NCBI GenBank assembly: GCA_963665095.1
Contig: OY762069.1
Location: 3,232,001 to 3,296,000 of the forward strand
Direction of reading: 5' to 3'
Source of the DNA: an uncultured Desulfobacter sp.
GTDB taxonomy: Bacteria > Desulfobacterota > Desulfobacteria > Desulfobacterales > Desulfobacteraceae
Length of the DNA stretch: 64,000 nucleotides
Position numbers and translations under genes: made by a program. This document shows positions 20,363 through 29,116 of the stretch, one piece after another. The number at the start of each line of letters is the position of its first letter. The stretch's first letter is position 1. The notes under the pieces are model-generated. The model was not told the origin of the DNA. It saw only the letters and a list, made by a program, of their open reading frames with translations, and did no database searches.

Positions 20363-20965
20363 ATGGTAAAAAAAGCCACCTCTTTAACCCTTGCCTTTTC
20401 CGGGCTGGTCATGCTGGTGACCAGTATTGTACTCTATTTTGGTCCGGCCGGTCAGGTGGGCCATTTCTGCCCCTGGTCGTTCTGGCATCTTTCCCGGCAT
20501 CACTGGGGAGCACTCCATCTGAATTCAGGGCTGCTTTTCTGCCTGGCCATGATTGTCCATGTGTGCATCAATTTCAAACTGCTTGTGGCTTATGTAAAAA
20601 GACAGAAAAAAGGGGGACCGGCAGTTGTCATATCTTTGAACCTGACCCTTTATGTCTGCATCGGGGGGTATTACGAAATCCCCCCCATGGGGCAGTTTCT
20701 GGATTTTGCCCGGTCGTTCAGGATGGCGTCCATGCAGAAGTACGGCTCCCCGCCATACGGGACTGCATCCCGATTTCCGGCACTTCATATCGCCCGGTAC
20801 ATGGGCTGGGATCCGGATCAGTCCCGGGAACAATTAAGCCTGCACCACATTATTCTTGACGCCCCGGACCAGCCCCTGGCAGACCTGGCTCAAAAAAACC
20901 ACACCAGTATCGGACGGCTGCTGGACATCATGTGCACCCATTCAGACCTAGGAGGTCCCAGATGA
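20363..20965 (+). CDS. DUF4405-domain membrane protein
   Basis: TSIVLYFGPAG...LSRHHWGALHLNSG...HVCINFK pattern with conserved His residues and 3 TM segments. Confidence 0.75.
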   Translation: MVKKATSLTLAFSGLVMLVTSIVLYFGPAGQVGHFCPWSFWHLSRHHWGALHLNSGLLFCLAMIVHVCINFKLLVAYVKRQKKGGPAVVISLNLTLYVCIGGYYEIPPMGQFLDFARSFRMASMQKYGSPPYGTASRFPALHIARYMGWDPDQSREQLSLHHIILDAPDQPLADLAQKNHTSIGRLLDIMCTHSDLGGPR

Positions 20966-21618
20966 CCACGGTAAAAAACGTATTTAATTCAGGCCATGTC
21001 ACCCAATATGACATCAATGCAAAGAAAGCCCGGTGGCTGGACCCGGCCATTGTTTTCGGCATGGCCTACCAGTTTGTCAAGCCCGGTGATCGTCTACTGG
21101 ATATCGGCATTGGCACAGGCTTGTCTTCCCAGCTGTTTTACAAGGCAGGACTTGAGATCCACGGCATTGACTTCTCCCCCAAAATGATTGCCGCCTGCCG
21201 GGCAAAACAGATGGCCCGGGACTTAAAAGAACACGATCTTTCCAAAACCCCTTATCCTTTTAAGACAGAATCCATGGATCATGCCGTCTGCACAGGAGTA
21301 ACCCATCTGTTCAAAGATCTGACCCCGATCTTTCAGGAACTTGAAAGAATTTTAAAACCTGCGGGTATATTTGCCTTTGTGGTACGGGATTGCCAAAAGG
21401 GAAAATCCCGGGAATTTCAGTTTGATTCCCGCCATGCCTCCGGGGAAAAAGTCACCATTTTTTCGCATTCCATGGAAGATATAAACCGACTGACTAAGTC
21501 CTCGGGCTTTACCCGGATCTTTGATCTTAGCTTTGAGGCCTCGGCCATTGGCCACAGCACGGCCCAATACAAAGCCTATGTGGTTCAAAAAACGGGCGTT
21601 CCTCCCCAAAATACCTAG
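20962..21618 (+). CDS. Class I SAM-dependent methyltransferase
   Basis: LLDIGIGTG, GIDFSPKM, RILKPAGIF. GGAGG RBS and ATGA overlap with the upstream gene. Confidence 0.88.
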   Translation: MTTVKNVFNSGHVTQYDINAKKARWLDPAIVFGMAYQFVKPGDRLLDIGIGTGLSSQLFYKAGLEIHGIDFSPKMIAACRAKQMARDLKEHDLSKTPYPFKTESMDHAVCTGVTHLFKDLTPIFQELERILKPAGIFAFVVRDCQKGKSREFQFDSRHASGEKVTIFSHSMEDINRLTKSSGFTRIFDLSFEASAIGHSTAQYKAYVVQKTGVPPQNT

Positions 21619-21716
21619 GTTTAAATACCTGAAATAGGCCCTGGCAAAAACCCCAGGGCCACGTTTGAATCTGACTTTTTCATTTTAAAAAATTCTTTTC
21701 TAAGAGGAGACAGTTT

Positions 21717-23915
21717 ATGAAAAAACTATGCACTATCGCTGCGTCCCGGGCCAGAAAAGGGATGTGGTTGACAATCATGGCAGCCATTTTTATCTGTTCC
21801 GGACCAGACCTTAAGGCAGGTGAATCCCTGGAAACCAGCCGGTCAGTTGATAAAAAAAGCGGCAACACGCCATATCAGGCAGAAGAGATGATCGTAACCG
21901 CCCAGAAGCGCAAAGAAAACGTACAGGATATACCGGACAGCATCACCGTATTGAATGAAATACAGATTGCGGACGCCGGCATCACTGATATGGTGAGCCT
22001 CTCCACGCAGATCCCCAACCTGGAATTTTATGACTTCGGCAGCCGATGGCATTGCCAGACCTACATCCGCGGCATTAAAAGCCTGAATAACAGTGAGCCG
22101 TCAACCGGCCTCTATGTTGACGGGGTGAATTACTCCAAATCCTACCTGTTTGATTTTCCCCTGTTTGATGTGGAACGCATCGAGGTGCTTCGCGGCCCCC
22201 AGGGGACCTTGTACGGACGCAACACCATGGCAGGGGTTATCAACATACACACCATGACACCGGACAATGAGACCCGGGCCCAAATTTCAGGCACCTATGC
22301 AAGCTATAATGAAAAACAGGTTCAAGGCCATATCCAGACCCCCATTCTCAAGGACAAGCTGTTTTTTGGGATTTCCGGCCTGATCTCGTCCAGTGACGGC
22401 TATATGGAAAATGATGTTGAAGGGGTTGGCGAAGACGGGCGGCACAAAGAGGGACAGGCCGGAAGGCTGAAACTGCGGTATGTGCCGGCCCCGCAATGGG
22501 ATATGACCCTGAGCGTGGACGGCCAGCACCACGAAGACGGAGCGTTCCCCTTCCGCAGAACCCAACGTAATTCCTTTGTCAGCAACGGGATTCTGGAAGC
22601 GGACAGCCCTTATCACTATTCCCATGATTTTAACGGCACGTCTGAAAACGACTTCTGGGGGGCAACACTTAATACCTGCGTGGATACAAAAATAGGCAGG
22701 GTCACATCCATTACAGGGTACCGGGATTATGACAATGAAGACCTTGTTGATTCTGATTTCAGCCCCCTGGATGCGGCGCGCATGAAATATGTTTTGCAGG
22801 AGCGTACCTTTTCCCAGGAAGTACGCATTGTATCGCCGGAAACGCAGACCGGTCCCAAATGGCTTGCCGGGATCTACTATTTTCACATCAACTCGGACAA
22901 GGAGCGGACCAACTATTTCCGGTCTGCCATGGCAAACAGCAGCAGCAACCCCTTTGCCCCGGGAACCGGTGCCAGGATGACACAGACCAATGGCACCAAT
23001 TACGGGCAGGCGCTGTTCGGCCAGATCACCTGGCCGGTTCTGGAGGCCATAGATATCACTACAGGGCTCAGATATGAGGTGGAGGAGGCGCAAATGGATG
23101 CCACGATCTTTGACACACCCCAAGGCGGTACCACAACATCCGCCCCGCAGCCATACCAGGAAAGCCGGTTTACGGCACTGTTGCCGAAATTCAGCGCCGG
23201 GTGGCATTTCATGGACGATCAGATGCTTTACACCACGGTGTCCAAAGCCCATCGCAGCGGCGGGTTCAATGCCCCGAATGTGGGAGGGGCCCCCTATGAT
23301 GAGGAGTACAGCTGGGTATATGAAACCGGTATTAAATCCGGCTTTTTCCAAAACCGGCTGACAGTCAATATCTGCGGTTTTTATACAGATATCCAAGATG
23401 AACAGATCACCCGCTTCAATGAATACAACCAGTCTTATCTGGAAAACGCAGGCGAATCCCACCGCCTTGGCCTGGAAATTGAGGCCGGCTGGTTTATTTT
23501 AAATGATCTGGAGCTGTTCGGAGCATTCACATGGATAGAGGCAGAGTATGATATGTATACCGATCCTGTCACAGGCGAAGATTTCGCAGGCAATACCACA
23601 TTCGGGGTCCCGGAATATACTTTCAACATAGGATGTCAGTACAGGCGCCCTTTGTGGAAAGAGTGGAACGGATTCTGCCGTGCGGAACTGGTGGGGACCG
23701 GCCCCCGGTATTTTGACGATGCCAATACTGTTAAAGAGCCGGGCTACGAACTGGTCAATCTTAAGCTGGGGATAGAAGGAACCCACTGGGACGGCTATGT
23801 ATGGGTAAAAAACCTTTTTGATGAGCAGTACTGCATTTTTGAAAACGTGGACCGCGGAATTACCGAGGATGGAGAGCCCATAACCATTGGTATCACTCTT
23901 TCATACCGGTTTTAA
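21717..23915 (+). CDS. TonB-dependent receptor (FyuA-like)
   Basis: EEMIVTAQKRKE, RIEVLRGPQGTLYGRN, C-terminal ITLSYRF. Confidence 0.95.
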   Translation: MKKLCTIAASRARKGMWLTIMAAIFICSGPDLKAGESLETSRSVDKKSGNTPYQAEEMIVTAQKRKENVQDIPDSITVLNEIQIADAGITDMVSLSTQIPNLEFYDFGSRWHCQTYIRGIKSLNNSEPSTGLYVDGVNYSKSYLFDFPLFDVERIEVLRGPQGTLYGRNTMAGVINIHTMTPDNETRAQISGTYASYNEKQVQGHIQTPILKDKLFFGISGLISSSDGYMENDVEGVGEDGRHKEGQAGRLKLRYVPAPQWDMTLSVDGQHHEDGAFPFRRTQRNSFVSNGILEADSPYHYSHDFNGTSENDFWGATLNTCVDTKIGRVTSITGYRDYDNEDLVDSDFSPLDAARMKYVLQERTFSQEVRIVSPETQTGPKWLAGIYYFHINSDKERTNYFRSAMANSSSNPFAPGTGARMTQTNGTNYGQALFGQITWPVLEAIDITTGLRYEVEEAQMDATIFDTPQGGTTTSAPQPYQESRFTALLPKFSAGWHFMDDQMLYTTVSKAHRSGGFNAPNVGGAPYDEEYSWVYETGIKSGFFQNRLTVNICGFYTDIQDEQITRFNEYNQSYLENAGESHRLGLEIEAGWFILNDLELFGAFTWIEAEYDMYTDPVTGEDFAGNTTFGVPEYTFNIGCQYRRPLWKEWNGFCRAELVGTGPRYFDDANTVKEPGYELVNLKLGIEGTHWDGYVWVKNLFDEQYCIFENVDRGITEDGEPITIGITLSYRF

Positions 23916-24032
23916 ATCCAAAGGCCTTTACCCCGAATATAAAATATGGCCCTATATCTAAGGGTCTGATTTTGGTGCCGGCGGCTTGGCTGCAAGGTAT
24001 GAGATAATAAAGGGCCGTCTATTGATAATCAA

Positions 24033-24356
24033 GTGCCGGGAAATATAAAGGAGACCATGCAAAAGATTGGAAAATATAATTTGTCAAATGTGCAGGCGGT
24101 TCAGGCGGAAAACAATACAACACCCATAGACGAAGAAACGGCTGATGTCGTTTACGCGCTGGACATGTTTCACATGGTGGAACAGCCGGCTCCTTTTTTA
24201 AAGGAGTTGAGCCGTCTGGCCAAAAGGGACGGAACCATAATTATAGAAGACGGGCATCAACCCCGGGCACAGACAATTGAAAAAATAAAAAAAACAGGGC
24301 TGTTGAAAATTGTCCGGGAAACCAGTTCCCATGTTAAATGCATGAAAATAATTTAA
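24033..24356 (+). pseudogene. C-terminal fragment of a class I methyltransferase
   Basis: ADVVYALDMFHMV...FLKELSRLAKRDGTIIIED is present, but SAM-binding motif I is absent from the ORF. Confidence 0.65.
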
Positions 24357-24367
24357 ACAACCCAATG

Positions 24368-24976
24368 TCAGGTCTGTCCGATGGAGAACATAATAAGGTA
24401 GTTGTAGCCAAGGTCTGTGTAACCGGTTTTCAGAAAGCCGCATCCAACTGCCAGGGCTTCAACCTCTTCAGGAGAAAGGCGCATATGCAGGGGCGGACCA
24501 AAGGACATCTCTTCCTTCTTACACTCCATCACGGCCAGACGGCCGTCTGGTTTCAGGACTCTTGCCGCCTCAAGGAACAGACTTCTCCTGTCGGGCTCAG
24601 TCCCGAAAATATGCAATACCGTGAACGCCATGCAAAGGTCCATGGAACTGTCCGGAGCCGGCATAGGAGGCTTTGTCAGGTCTGCTGTGAGACAGCGGAC
24701 CTGGGACAGGCCGGCAGAGTCAGCAACATCCTGAAGTGAGTCCACAGTGGGAGGCCAATGATCCAGCGCGGTGACATGGCCACAGGATCCTGCCAAACGG
24801 GCCGCCTGCAAGGTATAATCCCCGGCACCACACCCCATATCCAGAATATGCTGGCCCCGGCAGATATCCAGGACATCAAATACAAGCCCGGGTTCCTGCA
24901 TCCGGTAGCTGCTGGGTCCATACCCCCTGCCCTTTGAACGCCCCTTGCACTGTTCTGCTTTTTCCATCCCTGTCAT
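24368..24976 (-). CDS. Class I SAM-dependent methyltransferase
   Basis: ILDMGCGAGDY, RVLKPDGRLAV, GPPLHMRLS. Confidence 0.88.
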   Translation of the reverse strand: MTGMEKAEQCKGRSKGRGYGPSSYRMQEPGLVFDVLDICRGQHILDMGCGAGDYTLQAARLAGSCGHVTALDHWPPTVDSLQDVADSAGLSQVRCLTADLTKPPMPAPDSSMDLCMAFTVLHIFGTEPDRRSLFLEAARVLKPDGRLAVMECKKEEMSFGPPLHMRLSPEEVEALAVGCGFLKTGYTDLGYNYLIMFSIGQT

Positions 24977-25080
24977 TTAATCAGTCCTTTCAATATACAC
25001 ACGGTAACAGGAAAAAATTCCAGGTTACCGTTCAAGTAATAGGCAATCGTTGCAGAACTATACTGAATTTTTAATTGCGG

Positions 25081-25110
25081 TTCTGCCCCCGGGACATTTT
25101 ATTTTGCCCC
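25081..25110 (-). promoter_or_regulatory. Tandem AraC-type operator, copy 3
   Basis: GGGGCAAAA and GGGGCAGAA 21 bp apart on the minus strand, with TATAGT 18 nt downstream. Confidence 0.65.
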
Positions 25111-25221
25111 TTCAGCCAGGCCCCTTTCACAGACAAACATCTTATGGCGGTTAAGACCCGCAATCAAAGTAAAACCATCCATATGACCTGCCTTTTGCAA
25201 CACTGTGTTGATTTCGCTTTT

Positions 25222-27315
25222 TCAGGTATCACTGATGCTGACCATATCCCGCCCGCTTACCTTACTTTTGTAAAGGGCCATATCAGCTTTTTTTAAAAGA
25301 TCTTCCTTTGTGATATTTTTTGAAGGGACAACGGAGGCAACCCCCAGGCTTATTGAAACTATCCTTTTCTCTGAGGGGCGATGCACTATGGAAAGCCTTT
25401 CCACGGCCAGGCGCATATTTTCCGCCAGTTCATAGGCGCCATCCTTATCAACACACCCAATCGCCACAAACTCTTCCCCGCCATAGCGAGCGATCACATC
25501 ACTGGTTCGCTTGGCCTGTTTTTTTAATGCAGTCGCAACAGCACACAAGCAGACGTCTCCTGCCTGATGTCCGTAGTGGTCATTATATTTTTTAAAATAG
25601 TCAATATCTACCATAATAACAGAGATCGGGTGGCTTAATCTCAAATATTCCCGCCAGATCTTTTCAAGTTTCATATCAAAGTAGCGTCGATTATGGATCT
25701 TTGTTAACCCGTCAAGCTGGTTTAATTCCTGAAGTTTTTGATTGGCTCTTTCAAGGTGGAGGGTTCGTTCCTTGACTTTATTTTCCAGATCATGCCTGTA
25801 ATCATCCAGCCGATTATAGGCATTGCGAATTTCTTCAATCATTTCATTAAATGATTTTGCCAAATATCCAAGTTCATCCCTGGAAATGACCTCAATTGAA
25901 ACATCGTAATTTTTTTTAACTAATTGTGATACACCATAGGACATCTTGCGAATTTGCTTGGTATGCTGTACGGCATACCACCCTGCGAGAACAACGCTTA
26001 TCAGAGTAAAAAAAACGGAAGAGAGAATCAAAAAAAACAAGGTCTCACTGCAAACGGTATGGATCTTGTTATGAATTTTATGCTGTGCTTCAAACACCTC
26101 TTTTTCAGGAACGATGGCTGCGACGTAAAGAGAGTCTTGAAAAATCCCCTTTTCTTTTGCATTCCACAGGTTGTAAGTCATTAATCTTTTGAATGACAGC
26201 AAAAAATCCTTTGACCTGCTATCCGTAAACCGCAGGATGGTGAAATCGTCTAATCCGCTAAGTTTCCGGCAGGCGTTTGAAAGGGTGTTTATTTCGCTTG
26301 AATGAATGTTGTAGTTGGCAATTTTTACTCCGGACTCACTAACGACGCTTTGGGATAACCCTAATTGTTCCGCCATGGTTTCAGTTAATCCCAAAATGTT
26401 GCCATCACTTCGCAGCAGGAAGGTAAAACCGGTTTTACCTATTTTTTCTTCGGTTACAATCTTAAGGATATTCTCCCAATTGTAGTCAACCGCAGCTGCG
26501 CCGAAATTTTCGGTTCGATTGGCATTCCACAGCGGTGAGAAAAAAGTAACCATCAGCCCTGTTCCGCCGGCATCTTCATAAAGGGGTGTTAATGTGATCT
26601 GTTCAGGGCCCTCCCTTTGTGAAAAGCCAGGAATCCAAAGCCAACTGTTCCAGGTTTCGATCATCCCCGGGAAAAAGAAATCCCACCAGTTTCTCTCATT
26701 ATGACCCGGATATTTCCGGTCAAAAATCTCGGGCATCTGCTCCCAGGGTGTCCCGATCATAACCGGAGTTGCCTTAGGCCCGGTCAGGTAAAGCCAGCCT
26801 TTGTCGGTGCCATGTTCACCGATTATCTGCATAAGCACTTTCATGGGCGTCATCAGGGAAATAAACGCCCTTGTTTCTTTGTTGATTGATCCGTCTTTGT
26901 CATGCAGGTAGCCCCAGACGCTCATGCTTATGTTCATTTCGGTTTTGGCAAGATTCGACCAGTTTTTTTCAGGGTTATAAATGAAATTGTTCCCGATAAA
27001 AGGGTTCGATTGCAATTGGGTCCCCAGTGAATGAAGTGCCTTTTTGTCGATCAATTGCTGGGCGGCCGCTCTAAGGATGTTTAATTCGCCAAGAACCGCG
27101 CCAATCTTTAGGGACACTTTTTCAGCAATATCCCGGCTTTTATCCTCCAGCAGCTGTGTGTAGGCATGGGTGAGAATCTTTTCAGATACCTTGGATGTAT
27201 TGTCACTTAGCTCGGTAATTCTAAAACTGATAAAACATGCTGAAAATATTGCAAACAGGATAATCGGCACAATGGATAAAAGAATAATTTTCGGGGTAAA
27301 TTTAGATCGATACAT
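25222..27315 (-). CDS. Diguanylate cyclase with periplasmic Cache-like sensor and HAMP domain
   Basis: Two TM helices, PLYEDAGG, RDELGYLAKSFNEM, DGLTKIHNRR, DIDYFKKYNDHYGHQAGD, RTSD I-site, RYGGEEF. Confidence 0.93.
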   Translation of the reverse strand: MYRSKFTPKIILLSIVPIILFAIFSACFISFRITELSDNTSKVSEKILTHAYTQLLEDKSRDIAEKVSLKIGAVLGELNILRAAAQQLIDKKALHSLGTQLQSNPFIGNNFIYNPEKNWSNLAKTEMNISMSVWGYLHDKDGSINKETRAFISLMTPMKVLMQIIGEHGTDKGWLYLTGPKATPVMIGTPWEQMPEIFDRKYPGHNERNWWDFFFPGMIETWNSWLWIPGFSQREGPEQITLTPLYEDAGGTGLMVTFFSPLWNANRTENFGAAAVDYNWENILKIVTEEKIGKTGFTFLLRSDGNILGLTETMAEQLGLSQSVVSESGVKIANYNIHSSEINTLSNACRKLSGLDDFTILRFTDSRSKDFLLSFKRLMTYNLWNAKEKGIFQDSLYVAAIVPEKEVFEAQHKIHNKIHTVCSETLFFLILSSVFFTLISVVLAGWYAVQHTKQIRKMSYGVSQLVKKNYDVSIEVISRDELGYLAKSFNEMIEEIRNAYNRLDDYRHDLENKVKERTLHLERANQKLQELNQLDGLTKIHNRRYFDMKLEKIWREYLRLSHPISVIMVDIDYFKKYNDHYGHQAGDVCLCAVATALKKQAKRTSDVIARYGGEEFVAIGCVDKDGAYELAENMRLAVERLSIVHRPSEKRIVSISLGVASVVPSKNITKEDLLKKADMALYKSKVSGRDMVSISDT

Positions 27316-27859
27316 ATCAGCAATTCGTCCTTATAAAAAAATTCATTTTATTCCAAAAAATCTTTTATCTTTTCAGTGCACTGATTCGGAATATTGCGTA
27401 TAAGGATCAGGAATCGTCTGGATTATAGCCGGTACCGGCCGATAACAAAAATTGAAAAGCGATCCTTTTCAAACAGCGTTCATAAAAAACCGTTTGCGGC
27501 CACAAAGCACAGGGGAGTACCAAGAGGGTATTTTTCAAATCAGATGGGAATTATGAAGATGACATCAGGGGGCTGCACATAACTTTTGAATCAACGTCTG
27601 CCCAGCCAATGAAGCTTTGGCCGATTTATAAAATACCATAATAAGAAACAGCCCATCTGACAAGGAAATTATACAAAAAAATTAATTGGTTATACAACTT
27701 GCCCAAACCGGCTCTTTCCGTCATTGCCCGGATGTTCTTAAAGCCTGCCTTTTTCATCTTTGTACACCATCACGGCAAGACACCTGTCGGATTTCAAACC
27801 CCTTGCAATTCAGAGTGTGATTTTCTAAAACCATGGAAACCATACAAGGATAACGACTT

Positions 27860-28762
27860 ATGGAACACCTTCAGCAACGCCTTGAAACCAGGATCAAAGA
27901 TATCTGCAGAATTTACCCCATTGAAAAGGGTTTTTCCCAGGAAAAAAAGTTTCAAATCCAGACAAACTCCAAGGACCTTCTGCTTCGGATCGCGCCTCTG
28001 GACGCGCTGTCAAGAAAGCAGGAAGAATTTGGCATCATGAAACAGCTTTTTGCCGAAGGGGTCCGCTGCAACTGCCCGGTGGAGATGTTTACGGAAGATG
28101 ACGGGGTATACAGCCTGTTCCACTATCTCCCGGGGGACGATGCCGAGACAGCCATAACAGGGATTCCGGATGACGCCGGTTTTAAAGCAGGCGTTCAGGC
28201 CGGCCGGGATCTTAAAAAAATAAACACCCTGGAACGCCCTGCCCGGAACTGGAAAATCCAAAAGCTGAAAAAACATGACCGCTATGTGGCAAAGTACAGG
28301 CAAATGGGCTGTCATTTTCCCAATGATGACAAGGTCCTTGATTTTATCAGGCAGCACTGGGATCAAATCAACCCGGGCAATGACAGATTCCTGCACGATG
28401 ATTTTCATCTTGGCAACATTGTAATGCTTAGAGGGGTCTACTCAGGGATTTTGGACTTCAACCGGTATGACTGGGGCGACCCTTTACATGAGTTTGTCAA
28501 ACTGGAATGGTTTACCTGGCCGGTGTGTGAGGCCTTTGCCAGGGGACAGATCAAGGGGTATTTCGGGGACAGGGGTATCAGTGATGCAGATTGCCTGACC
28601 CTGTCCGTATACATTGCCATGAGCATTTTTTCGACCATTGTCTGGACACAGATTTACCATCCCCATACTATGCCCTCCATCAGAGCCAAGGTAGATGCCA
28701 TCCTGACCCGCTACAGGTACTTTGACCAGATTAGGCCGAAATGGGGCCGGGCCATCGTCTGA
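27860..28762 (+). CDS. APH/choline-kinase-family phosphotransferase
   Basis: FLHDDFHLGNI, ILDFNRYDWGDP. Confidence 0.85.
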   Translation: MEHLQQRLETRIKDICRIYPIEKGFSQEKKFQIQTNSKDLLLRIAPLDALSRKQEEFGIMKQLFAEGVRCNCPVEMFTEDDGVYSLFHYLPGDDAETAITGIPDDAGFKAGVQAGRDLKKINTLERPARNWKIQKLKKHDRYVAKYRQMGCHFPNDDKVLDFIRQHWDQINPGNDRFLHDDFHLGNIVMLRGVYSGILDFNRYDWGDPLHEFVKLEWFTWPVCEAFARGQIKGYFGDRGISDADCLTLSVYIAMSIFSTIVWTQIYHPHTMPSIRAKVDAILTRYRYFDQIRPKWGRAIV

Positions 28763-29003
28763 TGGCCCGGCCTTGAGGGAGAGAGAAGTGTTGTGAAAAA
28801 GAGAAATGGGATCTTCAGTGATGGGTTTTCTCTTTAACAGTGATATGTTTATCATCATAATGTTATCTAAACATGACTTCAAGATTATCAAAATATCATC
28901 TTTTTTGACCTCCCATCCAAATTGACTTTATCATTATCTGTCCATAATGAGCCTGCCGCTACTGATTTTTCATAACCAGTTGAAAGCCGGCATCAAGTCG
29001 CCC

Positions 29004-29033
29004 AGGGTAAAAACAAACCCGCCCGGGGTAGAA
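29004..29033 (+). promoter_or_regulatory. Tandem AraC-type operator, copy 4
   Basis: AGGGTAAAA and GGGGTAGAA 21 bp apart, with TATTTC 19 nt downstream. Confidence 0.65.
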
Positions 29034-29116
29034 TGCAACTCTTAAATCAGGCTATTTCTCTTTTACTGAATTTTGTTTTTCTAACAAAACAATATGGACT
29101 TATAGGAGAAATTTTA

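Noticed and set aside
22287..23462. 391-aa antisense ORF and many similar shadow ORFs
   Set aside because: They lie opposite well-supported genes and carry no motifs; expected from codon bias.
27860..28762. Aminoglycoside resistance gene
   Set aside because: Only generic APH/kinase-fold motifs are present; the substrate cannot be assigned.
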